A DNA stretch of 48,404 nucleotides from a virus (Duplodnaviria; Heunggongvirae; Uroviricota; Caudoviricetes), in IMG/VR virus record IMGVR_UViG_3300045988_155859, one strand, 5' to 3'. The notes under the pieces were generated by a model. That model was not told the DNA's origin. It made no database searches and saw only the letters and a program-made list of their open reading frames with translations. This document shows positions 7,288 through 15,849 of the stretch, piece by piece (position 1 is the stretch's first letter; each line of letters opens with the position of its first letter). A program made the position numbers and the translations under genes.

Positions 7288-8355
7288 ATGAATAAACAAG
7301 TAATTATTTCTGACTGGATCAACAACCCTAACAGCCTGTTAAGCACTGATACTGGCTACCTATTACGCCATGTTAATGGTCGTATGGTCAAAAGCGATGA
7401 GCACGAAACCTTTTTCTTTGTTGAAGACGATGGGCGTATCTATGAGGATGGTTACTCTTATGAAGCCCAAACTGGTTGTATCCCTGCGGAGCTGGTGGAT
7501 GTAACAGAAGATCTGCGCAAAGCATGGCTTGAACAGCAGCAGCGCGGAGATGATTACGTAAACACCTATCAGGAACGCCAGAACGCGCGTCTTGCCCGAT
7601 ATATTGCTCGTGCAGAAAAAGCCAGAAAAGAAGGTGCGGTAGCGCATAAGCGAGCGCATGACCTGTTGGATGTGATCCCGTTAGGCCAGCCGATTTTAGT
7701 TGACCATTATAGCGCGAAAGGCCATCGCCGCCGTTTGTCTAAAGCTGATGCGTTATTCAGAAAAGCGTTTGTTGAATGCGAAAGTAAAGCATCACACTAC
7801 GAGAGCAAAGCCGCAGGTGTTGGTCGTAATGGAATTTCGTCTGATGATCCTGATGCGCTATTTAAGTTGCTTCGTAAGCTGCAAGGCTGCATGAAGTCAC
7901 ACGTCAAAATGAAGGCCGCAAATAAGGCCATTCGCAAATACAAAAAAGACCAAATACAGCAGCTTTCTGCATTAATCGATCTCAGGTTTACAGAAAGCGA
8001 AGCCAAAGAGTTACTGGCCGGAGATTTCTGTGGGCGCATCGGATTCCCTTCATACGCACTGAGCAACAATAACGCCGAAATCAAACGACTACAGAGCCGT
8101 ATTAAGGAGCTTGAATCGGTCAAGTCTGTAACAGGAGCACAGCGCGAAGAATACGACGGCTTTTCTATGGAGATAGATCCAGAGGATAACCGCATCCTGT
8201 TTTATTTCCCTGGCAAACCAGAGGCAAACATTCGTTCGCTGCTTAAATCACGCGCCTTTAAGTGGAGTCCAACCCGTAATGCATGGGTTCGCAAGATTAC
8301 TCCAAACGCCCTGGCTGATGCCCGATATCTGAAAGAATCGCTATTGAAAGCCTGA
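7288..8355 (+). CDS. DUF3560-like protein
   Basis: 355 aa with GQPILVDHYSAKGHRRR motif, which I associate with DUF3560; first gene downstream of cassette copy A. Confidence 0.45.
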   Translation: MNKQVIISDWINNPNSLLSTDTGYLLRHVNGRMVKSDEHETFFFVEDDGRIYEDGYSYEAQTGCIPAELVDVTEDLRKAWLEQQQRGDDYVNTYQERQNARLARYIARAEKARKEGAVAHKRAHDLLDVIPLGQPILVDHYSAKGHRRRLSKADALFRKAFVECESKASHYESKAAGVGRNGISSDDPDALFKLLRKLQGCMKSHVKMKAANKAIRKYKKDQIQQLSALIDLRFTESEAKELLAGDFCGRIGFPSYALSNNNAEIKRLQSRIKELESVKSVTGAQREEYDGFSMEIDPEDNRILFYFPGKPEANIRSLLKSRAFKWSPTRNAWVRKITPNALADARYLKESLLKA

Positions 8356-8387
8356 CAGTAAGCCTACGGCGGGATGTCTCCCGCCGT

Positions 8388-8411
8388 ATATAGAATTATA
8401 TATTTATATAA
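8388..8411. repeat. AT-rich motif cluster (ATAGAATTATATATTTATATAAATG)
   Basis: Same TATA-rich motif family, upstream of the 8412 ORF. Confidence 0.45.
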
Positions 8412-8714
8412 ATGTATAAGGACGCCTCGACAATGAAACGCAAAATTATTAACCCCCAAGATGTGATTAATTTCCTGACCGATCACCCATGTTCAAAAGT
8501 GGACGTAATCGCGGAGCACATTGGTGTGTCGCAGAACTCTATGCGTTGCAGACTGAGAAGCATGGTTGCCGAAGGACAGATAACAACCAGGAAAATAAAT
8601 GGTTGCCTGTACTACTCCGCTAAACCGGAATTGCCATTTGGCATGAATCCTAACTCCATGTTGTTTAACACCTTATTAGCCAAAGTTAAGCCGTTGAGAG
8701 GGGCTGTGGCATGA
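8412..8714 (+). CDS. Putative winged-helix DNA-binding protein
   Basis: 100-aa ORF with VDVIAEHIGVSQNSMRCRLRSMVAEGQI helix-turn-helix-like segment; true start may be the internal Met at 8433. Confidence 0.4.
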   Translation: MYKDASTMKRKIINPQDVINFLTDHPCSKVDVIAEHIGVSQNSMRCRLRSMVAEGQITTRKINGCLYYSAKPELPFGMNPNSMLFNTLLAKVKPLRGAVA

Positions 8715-9076
8715 GCATCAAAACACATACCGGAATAATCATTACCAATGATGGTGAGAAAAAAGTGAAGTTGCGCGAGACGCCGACAACCTGGTGTGTT
8801 GGTCCGAAAGAAACATATCGCAAGGAAGATGGCCGTCGTTGTGGGGCACCACTTTCCCGCCGTCGCCTCCTTTTGAGCACGATAAAACCTATCGGGCAGG
8901 TTGAGCAACCAACGACTCCGGTAACGAAGATTTCAGACAAGAGTCTGGCAAACCTGATCGCCGATGCGGACAAGGTGCTGGAGCGGAACACCCCAGTAGC
9001 CGATGAGGAATGGTGGCAGGATTTCCGAGCCGCAATGCTAGAGCTTCAGGAACGTCGTCGGGAGGAGTTGAAGTGA
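8711..9076 (+). CDS. Hypothetical protein
   Basis: 121-aa ORF with stop/start overlaps on both sides. Confidence 0.4.
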   Translation: MSIKTHTGIIITNDGEKKVKLRETPTTWCVGPKETYRKEDGRRCGAPLSRRRLLLSTIKPIGQVEQPTTPVTKISDKSLANLIADADKVLERNTPVADEEWWQDFRAAMLELQERRREELK

Positions 9077-9081
9077 GCAAG

Positions 9082-9702
9082 ATGAAAGAGCGCGGCATGA
9101 TTTTTAATGATGCGATGGTCAGGGCCATCCTCGAAGGCAGGAAGACGCAGACTCGTCGACCTGTAAAAAATGTCAGGGCCGATAACTGCCTGGTTATCCG
9201 TAAACCGACAAAGAAACGCAATGGTGTCTATACCCACGTTATGGATGCACCGGAACATGGTTTATGCCCGTTCGGTAACGTTGGTGATCGCATATGGGTC
9301 CGTGAAACATTCAACGCTTTTTGGCTGGATAACGATGTCATTCAGGAAATCAAAGATGGTGTCTCTCTGGCTTCTGAACTGTGTGATTACAAGGCTGATT
9401 ACTCAGATAGTAGCAAGCCAGCTGAGGGCTGGACCCCGTCGATTCACATGCCGCGCTGGGCTTCACGTATTTTGCTGGAAATTACCGACGTGCGTGTGGA
9501 ACGGCTGCATGACATGAGCGAGGCAGATGCTAAAGCGGAAGGCGCATCTCCGGCGACGTACAAGATTACACCGCCGGAAGCTGTTTATCGCGTTGGCTTT
9601 GGTGATATCTGGCGCGGTATTTACGGGCAAGAGAACTGGCTATCTAACCCGTGGGTATGGGTAATTGAGTTTAAACGTATTCAGGGGGCAACCAGTGAGT
9701 AA
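9082..9702 (+). CDS. ASCH/PUA-like domain protein (putative)
   Basis: MIFNDAMVRAILEGRKTQTRR N-terminal motif; start moved to the ATG at 9082, which has a GGAGGAG RBS. Confidence 0.4.
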   Translation: MKERGMIFNDAMVRAILEGRKTQTRRPVKNVRADNCLVIRKPTKKRNGVYTHVMDAPEHGLCPFGNVGDRIWVRETFNAFWLDNDVIQEIKDGVSLASELCDYKADYSDSSKPAEGWTPSIHMPRWASRILLEITDVRVERLHDMSEADAKAEGASPATYKITPPEAVYRVGFGDIWRGIYGQENWLSNPWVWVIEFKRIQGATSE

Positions 9703-9952
9703 TTCCGCACGGCTACAGCTTGGTTTTTCACCGCTATCAAAAACCATCGTGTTGGCCAAAATGCGCGATTTAGGTGACGGAACAAAACGCCGTGTAGGCA
9801 ATGATCGCGGTTGTGATGTAACCAACGAGGCCGCACAACTCGTTTGGCATCTTGTCATGGCAGAAGGCGGTGAAATCAATTGGGAGCTGGATGATGGTTC
9901 TCGCATGGTGTTAAGGGCAGAAAAGCAGGGGGCAAACGATGAAAAACCGTAA
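9695..9952 (+). CDS. Hypothetical protein
   Basis: In-frame GTG at 9695 with AGGGGG RBS and GTGA overlap of the upstream stop. Confidence 0.35.
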   Translation: MSNSARLQLGFSPLSKTIVLAKMRDLGDGTKRRVGNDRGCDVTNEAAQLVWHLVMAEGGEINWELDDGSRMVLRAEKQGANDEKP

Positions 9953-10130
9953 AGCAAAGATGCTTATTTCCCGTGTATACAGACTTTGCTACCCCAGCCA
10001 GTGGTTGAGAGTTAGCAATCGCCGTGTGGTGTTGTTTTCATTTTCTGGAATTGCCAGAGAGGGAGTCAAAGATAAGCGCAGCGCGGCGCAAAACCGCTGG
10101 AAAAACCACTTGCGTACTAAAGGAGAGTGA
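9939..10130 (+). CDS. Hypothetical small basic protein
   Basis: 63-aa ORF ending in the conserved junction GTGATATGG shared by downstream genes. Confidence 0.3.
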   Translation: MKNRKAKMLISRVYRLCYPSQWLRVSNRRVVLFSFSGIAREGVKDKRSAAQNRWKNHLRTKGE

Positions 10131-10131
10131 T

Positions 10132-10341
10132 ATGGCTGTTGCCGCAAGTTACACCATGCATCTCTACTGTGATTGTCGTCAGTGTACAAATGGTAAATAT
10201 CAGTCGCCAGACTTCGGTGAGTATATCGGTACGTCATGGGCAGGCTGTGCAAAAGAGGCGCGCAAGGATGGCTGGCGAATAAGCAAAGACAAAACGCGTG
10301 CTTTTGCGCCCGGGCATAAAGTTTTGAGGATTAATAAATGA
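10132..10341 (+). CDS. Hypothetical Cys-rich small protein
   Basis: Start at the internal Met with AAGGAGAG RBS; MAVAASYTMHLYCDCRQC... Confidence 0.4.
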   Translation: MAVAASYTMHLYCDCRQCTNGKYQSPDFGEYIGTSWAGCAKEARKDGWRISKDKTRAFAPGHKVLRINK

Positions 10342-10787
10342 CCACTATTACCAAAGAACGTGCGGAGATTAAATCATTCATCACAGGCTTCCTGAGCGAC
10401 CCGGCGCACGATAACCAATCTTCAAGCAGTCTGCTTGCCAATGTGTTTCGTATCGCACTGGCATCGTTGGAAGCAGAGCCAGTCGCGTGGCGATATCGCT
10501 ACGTGAAAAAAGGCGTTACGGACTCTCAGGGGGAGCCGTGGGTTGGTGACTGGAAATATGTACCGACAAAAGAGGATTGCAACGACAGGCCGAGCTATGA
10601 AATTCAGGCGTTATTCACTCCCCCGCCTGTGCCACTGATACCAGAAGGATTGATTAAAGCAGTGCGCTTCTATGAACAGGTTAAGCGTGAAAATCCGCCA
10701 GTCGAAACCGGAGCATGGAAAGACGCTGTTGACTGGGTTCTCGAAGAGGCTTGTCAGGCTGTAAACATTGGCATCAAAGGAGGGTGA
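10338..10787 (+). CDS. Hypothetical protein, member of the IALASLEAE paralogue family
   Basis: Contains FRIALASLEAEPVAW; related motifs in the 11080 and 11495 ORFs. Confidence 0.45.
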   Translation: MTTITKERAEIKSFITGFLSDPAHDNQSSSSLLANVFRIALASLEAEPVAWRYRYVKKGVTDSQGEPWVGDWKYVPTKEDCNDRPSYEIQALFTPPPVPLIPEGLIKAVRFYEQVKRENPPVETGAWKDAVDWVLEEACQAVNIGIKGG

Positions 10788-10788
10788 T

Positions 10789-11076
10789 ATGGCAACTTTG
10801 CAGGAATTAATCGACCTGACGCCAGAACAGGAAAAAGCGTGGAATCGCCTTGTAAAGGCTGTAAAGGATTTCAGGGCAGCCGGAGGAAAGTTTTATAGCG
10901 TCCTGGACACGCTGAGCGCATACAACGGCGAGCACGTTGCCAGCATTGATAACGATAAGGGCTACCACACTGCAAGCGTCTATATGCCTAGCATTGATGC
11001 GCCAGGGCTAACCAGTTGGGCTGATGATTGGCACGGCATCACGCTGAAAGATGGGGTTGAAGTGGATGAGGACTAA
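10789..11076 (+). CDS. Hypothetical protein
   Basis: Start at the Met following GGAGGGTGATATGG; 95 aa. Confidence 0.4.
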   Translation: MATLQELIDLTPEQEKAWNRLVKAVKDFRAAGGKFYSVLDTLSAYNGEHVASIDNDKGYHTASVYMPSIDAPGLTSWADDWHGITLKDGVEVDED

Positions 11077-11079
11077 CAC

Positions 11080-11493
11080 ATGACTACTTTTACCGACAAA
11101 GAACTGATTAAAGAAATCAAAGAGCGCATAGGCAGCCTGGACGTCCGAGACAATATTGAGCGTCGGGCTTATGAAATTGCTCTGGCATCGCTGGAAGCAG
11201 AGGCAGTTATGTTCTGTATATCAGGACAAAATGTAGATTCAGAAGAACATGTATCAACCAGCAAAGCGGTTGTTGATGCCTGGGTTGAAGAATGGAATCA
11301 GGTTGACGGAAGTCCTGGCGAACCACTGTACAAAACTATGCCACTCTACTATCACGCTGCCTTGCCAGCGCCGGTAGTGCCGGATGAAATGTATTGGCAG
11401 GATGCGCCAGTTGAAGGCAGCAGCAAAGCGGCTGCATACGCTACAGGCTGGAATGCCTGCCGCGCCGCCATGCTTCAGGGGAAAGGGAAGTGA
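11080..11493 (+). CDS. Hypothetical protein, IALASLEAE paralogue
   Basis: Contains AYEIALASLEAEAV. Confidence 0.45.
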   Translation: MTTFTDKELIKEIKERIGSLDVRDNIERRAYEIALASLEAEAVMFCISGQNVDSEEHVSTSKAVVDAWVEEWNQVDGSPGEPLYKTMPLYYHAALPAPVVPDEMYWQDAPVEGSSKAAAYATGWNACRAAMLQGKGK

Positions 11494-11494
11494 T

Positions 11495-11770
11495 ATGGCT
11501 ACTTTTACCAAAGAGCAATTGATTGCCCATATTCGTGAACGTAAGGAAGCGCGCCAGAGAATGTTGGATACGGTAACTATTAACCCCGGATTTCGTGAAT
11601 ATCTTGAAAGAGAGCTTGCTACAGATGAAATTGCACTGGCATCCCTGGCATCTGCACCTGTTGCATGGCTAGTTGGAGGGCGTTTGTTCACAACTGAGAT
11701 AGCTGCGGGGATGTACGCTAGTGAGGTGAGGAAAGCAGTTAAGCCGCTATTCTTTTCTGCACTACTGTGA
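11495..11770 (+). CDS. Hypothetical protein, IALASLEAE paralogue
   Basis: Start at MATFTKEQ after GGGAAGTGATATGG; contains EIALASLASAPVAW. Confidence 0.4.
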   Translation: MATFTKEQLIAHIRERKEARQRMLDTVTINPGFREYLERELATDEIALASLASAPVAWLVGGRLFTTEIAAGMYASEVRKAVKPLFFSALL

Positions 11771-11914
11771 GTATTGTTTTTTTATTGATCGATTAACCAC
11801 ATTTTGAAGGTTTTTTTATGGGGAAACCTTGTTTTAGGTGGTAACTGGGTGTAGTGTTTCATTTAACGTAGTAAAACTGCGTTAAGCGATTACCGCGTAA
11901 TTTGTTGCTTTATG

Positions 11915-11947
11915 AAGCCCTGCCTTTTTCGGCGGGGCTTTTTTTTT
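11915..11947 (+). terminator. Intrinsic terminator immediately upstream of the lysis cassette
   Basis: GAAGCCCTGCC-TTTTTC-GGCGGGGCTT hairpin followed by a run of 9 T; the holin ATG is 14 nt downstream. Confidence 0.7.
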
Positions 11948-11960
11948 AACGAGGATTTCA

Positions 11961-12356
11961 ATGTCAGCAGAACCAATTTCCGGTACGGCCGTTGCTGCTG
12001 GTGGCCTGATGGGTGCCAGCGTTTTTGGTATTGCAACTGGTATTGATTACGGCGTTGTATTCGGGGCATTTGCTGGCGCTGTTTTCTATGTTGCTACAGC
12101 GGTGAATATTAGCCGTCTCAAGCTGATTGGCTATTTCTTTACATCGTTCATTGTTGGAGTGATTGGAGCGCCGTTAGTTGGCTCATTTCTTGCCAAATGG
12201 ACCAGCTACAACGATCGACCTCTTGATGCGCTTGGTGCGGTTATTGTGGCTGCATTGACAATTAAAATCCTCACGTTCGTAAACAGCCAGGATCTCGGTA
12301 GCATCTTTGGAATACTTTCCCGCTTACGTGGAGGGGGTTCAAATGGTAAGCAGTGA
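11961..12356 (+). CDS. Holin-like membrane protein
   Basis: 131 aa with several hydrophobic segments; first gene of a cassette that continues with the endolysin and spanins. Confidence 0.5.
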   Translation: MSAEPISGTAVAAGGLMGASVFGIATGIDYGVVFGAFAGAVFYVATAVNISRLKLIGYFFTSFIVGVIGAPLVGSFLAKWTSYNDRPLDALGAVIVAALTIKILTFVNSQDLGSIFGILSRLRGGGSNGKQ

Positions 12357-12639
12357 CCCGTCAGCACTGATTAATGCGGTGCTTTGCACAGTAATAGTAA
12401 TGGCGCTGATGCTTTATCGACGGAAAGACTCCAGGCATCGTCCATTTGTTTCCTTTCTGGCTTATATCTACGTCATTGTATACGCCAATGTTCCCTTCCG
12501 TTATGTGTTCGGTCTTTATCAAGAATCCCACTGGCTGGTGGTTATTGGAAATCTGATTATCTGCATCGTTGTTCTGTATTTCAGGGGCAATCTGGCGCGG
12601 ATAGTTGACGCATTAGGATTTAATCATGACCAAAGATGA
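12343..12639 (+). CDS. Second small membrane protein (holin or antiholin-like)
   Basis: Start at the internal Met with GGAGGGGG RBS; hydrophobic segments; sits between the holin and the endolysin. Confidence 0.45.
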   Translation: MVSSDPSALINAVLCTVIVMALMLYRRKDSRHRPFVSFLAYIYVIVYANVPFRYVFGLYQESHWLVVIGNLIICIVVLYFRGNLARIVDALGFNHDQR

Positions 12640-13168
12640 GATTTTTAACAGCATTCTTGGAAAAGAGGGCGGCTATGTGGATCACCCTGACGACAAGGGA
12701 GGCCCAACAAAGTGGGGCATTACTCAGAACACTGCCCGTGCTCATGGATACCGTGGCGATATGCGCGATTTAACCCGCGAACAGGCACTAGAAATCCTTG
12801 AGGCTGATTACTGGTACGGACCACGCTTTGATCAGGTGGCCGCATTATCCTCTGATATTGCCGCAGAGCTGTGTGATACCGGTGTGAATATGGGGCCAAC
12901 AGTGGCGTCCAAAATGCTTCAACGCTGGCTGAATGTGTTCAATCTGCGTGGGAAGCTGTATCCCGATTTGGATGCAGATGGACGAATCGGTCCACGTACC
13001 ATTAATGCGCTGCGTGCTTATCTTGGGAATCGGGGAAAAGACGGCGAACGGGTGATGCTGACGTCGCTGAACTGTACGCAGGGCGAACGCTATCTGGAGT
13101 TGGCGGAGAAGCGCGAGGCGAATGAGTCGTTTGTCTACGGCTGGATGAAAGAGCGAGTGGTGGTATGA
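12626..13168 (+). CDS. Endolysin, GH108-type muramidase with peptidoglycan-binding domain
   Basis: N-terminal EGGYVDHPDDKGGPTKWGIT motif characteristic of GH108 lysozymes. Confidence 0.8.
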   Translation: MTKDEIFNSILGKEGGYVDHPDDKGGPTKWGITQNTARAHGYRGDMRDLTREQALEILEADYWYGPRFDQVAALSSDIAAELCDTGVNMGPTVASKMLQRWLNVFNLRGKLYPDLDADGRIGPRTINALRAYLGNRGKDGERVMLTSLNCTQGERYLELAEKREANESFVYGWMKERVVV

Positions 13169-13443
13169 CTGGTTTGAAGGCCGTTTTGTCATTTATTGGC
13201 ACAATTATATTGGTTGCATTCGGCGCGTTTGGTTTTGGTCGTATGAAGGGGCGAGAAAAGGCCGAAGATGAAGCTGAAAAGCAGCGCATTAATGAGAATG
13301 CAGCCGCCGTAAAAGCCACTGCGGAGCGGCGTATAGAAGTGACAAAAGAGGCGGGGAATGTACAGCAGAGTGTTAACCATATGGCTGATGACGATGTTGA
13401 TCGCGAGCTGCGGGAGTCGTGGAAGCGTCCCGGTGGTGGTTGA
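13165..13443 (+). CDS. Rz-like inner-membrane spanin
   Basis: 92 aa with an N-terminal transmembrane segment then a charged, coiled-coil-like region; directly after the endolysin. Confidence 0.6.
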   Translation: MTGLKAVLSFIGTIILVAFGAFGFGRMKGREKAEDEAEKQRINENAAAVKATAERRIEVTKEAGNVQQSVNHMADDDVDRELRESWKRPGGG

Positions 13444-13567
13444 TACCGCCTGTGATTGGGTAAAGCCCATCTACCTGACTGATCACGACATCGATGTTAT
13501 GGACCGCCAGACAAAGAAAGATATTCTGGCTCATAACAGGGCATGGGAAATCAACTGCCGAAAGTAA
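13358..13567 (+). CDS. Rz1-like outer-membrane lipoprotein spanin, overlapping Rz in another frame
   Basis: Lipoprotein-type signal with lipobox-like LIASC; starts inside the Rz gene and extends beyond it. Confidence 0.55.
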   Translation: MYSRVLTIWLMTMLIASCGSRGSVPVVVDTACDWVKPIYLTDHDIDVMDRQTKKDILAHNRAWEINCRK

Positions 13568-13600
13568 TATATATTTCTATAATTATATAAATATATAGTT
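13563..13600. repeat. AT-rich motif cluster (TATATATTTCTATAATTATATAAATATATAG)
   Basis: Same TATA-rich motif family, downstream of the lysis cassette. Confidence 0.45.
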
Positions 13601-13736
13601 ACAACATTCTATGCGCTTTTCTCATGGGCGCACGCATCAACCATGTTTGTCTGATATGCCGCCGCGCCCAAAAATCCTGAATTTATTGGCTGGGATTTTC
13701 GTGCGCGGCGCCACACCAGACAAACAAATCAAATAT

Positions 13737-13812
13737 GGCCCCTTAGCTTAGTGGTTAGAGCAGGCGACTCATAATCGCACGGTCATCGGTTCAAATCCGG
13801 TAGGGGCCACCA
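13737..13812 (+). tRNA. tRNA with anticodon CAU (Met, or Ile if lysidine-modified)
   Basis: 76 nt folding by hand into a cloverleaf: 7-bp acceptor stem (GGCCCCT/AGGGGCC), D-arm GCTT...GAGC, anticodon loop CTCATAA, T-loop TTCAAAT, encoded CCA end. Confidence 0.8.
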
Positions 13813-14119
13813 ATTCACCCTCACACATAAAGATAAGCGCGGTGGAGTTACTTCTTCGTGCTCATCTTTATGCGTGCCTGGTGCGCATTTCGGGCGAACG
13901 TGGGGCTAAGTTACAGGCAGGGCCTGTTATCCGCAAAGGGGTAAAAGCTGGAGCGGCACGGAACTGTAGCCGTGTTACCAAAACAGCGCTGTCGGGCGAT
14001 ATCCGGCACACAACAGGCAAGGGCATTAATCAGTCTGGTTAGTGCCCTTTTCGTTGTGTCTGCTGTAGAGCTGGTCAGCGTTATGACTGCCGGAGATAAG
14101 CGCCGGAGGCACAACTAAC

Positions 14120-14707
14120 ATGGAGGCAATTGCATTGTTTAATCTGATTTATGCAGATCCCCCCTGGGAATACAAAGATAAGTGTAAGGATGGGAATCGT
14201 GGAGCTGGTTTTAAGTATCCAACGATGAAAGCTGAGGATATTGCTCGTATTCCTGTCTGGCAGCTTGCTAATCCTGAATCGTGTTTGTTGGCCATGTGGT
14301 GGGTTCCGACTCAGCCAGAAGAAGCGTTGCTGGTGGTGAAAGCATGGGGATTCAGGCTTATGACCATGAAGGGCTTCACATGGAACAAATGTGGTAGCCG
14401 ACAACCAGATAAGCTGGTGATGGGGATGGGGCATATGACTCGTGCAAACAGTGAAGATTGCTTGTTTGCGGTAAAAGGCAAATTGCCGACCCGCCTTGAT
14501 GCGGGGATCATTCAGTCGTTTACATCGCCTCGTCTGGAGCATTCTCGGAAGCCTGATGTGGTTCGTGACAAGCTGGTAAGGCTGTTAGGTGATGTTCCTC
14601 GTATTGAGCTGTTTGCTCGCGGTGATTTACCTGATGGTTGGCATGGCTGGGGCAACCAGTGCAATGGAGGTATCCAGTTGCATGATGCTCTCTGGCAAGT
14701 GGCATAG
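14120..14707 (+). CDS. MT-A70-family DNA N6-adenine methyltransferase
   Basis: IYADPPWEY (DPPW catalytic motif) near the N-terminus; 195 aa. Confidence 0.8.
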   Translation: MEAIALFNLIYADPPWEYKDKCKDGNRGAGFKYPTMKAEDIARIPVWQLANPESCLLAMWWVPTQPEEALLVVKAWGFRLMTMKGFTWNKCGSRQPDKLVMGMGHMTRANSEDCLFAVKGKLPTRLDAGIIQSFTSPRLEHSRKPDVVRDKLVRLLGDVPRIELFARGDLPDGWHGWGNQCNGGIQLHDALWQVA

Positions 14708-14818
14708 AATTATATAATTATAGATTTATATAAAAAGCGCTTTACAGGTGGGAAAAAATTTCCTAAGGTTATACCCGAAACCGAGCGATACCCGCCCTGG
14801 TTAAACCGGAGAAATCTG
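14708..14818 (+). promoter_or_regulatory. Repeated promoter/5'-leader cassette, copy B
   Basis: Near-identical to copies A and C; begins directly after the methyltransferase stop and ends at the 14819 ATG. Confidence 0.5.
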
Positions 14819-15088
14819 ATGAAAGTACAAGACCGTGAAGTAGTAAAAAACCTCCTGCAATACCTGACCTCAAAAAACCTGACGGGCAGCGTTGAGTTCC
14901 GTGAAGCGTTAAAACATTTCAACGTCACTACGGTTTATCGTTGGGAAAACAAACATTCTGAAAGACCGTATGTGGTGGATGTTTTTGCGCCTGATATTGA
15001 GTGCGGTTTTGAGCGTCATTCGTTCAAGGAGAAACATTCTGCTGATTTTTTTTGTGAGGTTGTATGTGCGGCAGGAGATGATGAGTGA
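14819..15088 (+). CDS. Hypothetical protein
   Basis: 89-aa ORF directly downstream of cassette copy B. Confidence 0.4.
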   Translation: MKVQDREVVKNLLQYLTSKNLTGSVEFREALKHFNVTTVYRWENKHSERPYVVDVFAPDIECGFERHSFKEKHSADFFCEVVCAAGDDE

Positions 15089-15285
15089 TGCGTATTTCCT
15101 TCAAACGTGCGACTGAGCAGCAACGCAAAGAGTTCCTGGCTGATGATGTAGCGGCCGTTTATGACCTCATGAAAGAGGTTGTGGAATCAGGGAACTACAC
15201 GGCGGCAAAGATGCTTAAACTGCAATTCTTGCTGGGCGACCTGAAATACAAATCCGAAGTTGTCGCCGGACGACGCGAGCATTAA
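15085..15285 (+). CDS. Hypothetical protein
   Basis: 66-aa ORF overlapping the upstream stop codon. Confidence 0.35.
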   Translation: MMRISFKRATEQQRKEFLADDVAAVYDLMKEVVESGNYTAAKMLKLQFLLGDLKYKSEVVAGRREH

Positions 15286-15308
15286 ACCGTAACGATAACG
15301 AACAACGA

Positions 15309-15334
15309 GCCTCGGCAATTGCCGGGGCTTTTTT
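15309..15334 (+). terminator. Intrinsic terminator
   Basis: GCCTCGGC-AATT-GCCGGGGC hairpin followed by TTTTTT. Confidence 0.6.
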
Positions 15335-15359
15335 ACATCCAGACAAAGGAGAACATGGG

Positions 15360-15659
15360 ATGCCTTCGACAAGCACCAAAAAAGAAATGGCGGTTAGTGA
15401 TGTGCTTTACGCGCTTTCGACTATATGTGACGGAGCAATGATGAGGATGAAAGTCCTCCGTGAAGCATACGGAAAAAGTCACGATGAGGCAGCTAAAGAA
15501 TGCCTGAATGAGATTGTGGACTTCATTGATAACCATCGTTCAGTTATATCGCGTCAACCGACAGAGTCGTCCATCACGATTAGCGCACCGGTTATCAATA
15601 TATCAGTAACTGCGGCGTGTAAATCAGCAGCGGAAGATGATCGTGCTTATGCCGAGTGA
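15360..15659 (+). CDS. Hypothetical protein
   Basis: 99-aa ORF. Confidence 0.4.
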   Translation: MPSTSTKKEMAVSDVLYALSTICDGAMMRMKVLREAYGKSHDEAAKECLNEIVDFIDNHRSVISRQPTESSITISAPVINISVTAACKSAAEDDRAYAE

Positions 15660-15849
15660 TTTGTTCTGGTTTCCGCTTCCAATAAGAGATTTGTTGGTAT
15701 TTCTGGCTGGCGCTTACGTCTGGAGAAAAGCGAAAGATACCTCGTTATCTTTGAGGTTTGTCTTAGCTATATCGGTAGGAACCGCGCTGGGTACGGCGTA
15801 TCTCTTGATATTACTGGAGGTATTCATTGAAAAATGGATAGTTTCATGA
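15637..15849 (+). CDS. Small membrane protein
   Basis: 70 aa with two hydrophobic segments. Confidence 0.35.
   Translation: MIVLMPSDLFWFPLPIRDLLVFLAGAYVWRKAKDTSLSLRFVLAISVGTALGTAYLLILLEVFIEKWIVS

Noticed and set aside
13842-14114. Small ORFs between the tRNA and the methyltransferase gene
   Set aside because: Overlapping ORFs on both strands without RBS or conservation cues; region more likely holds promoter and terminator structure.
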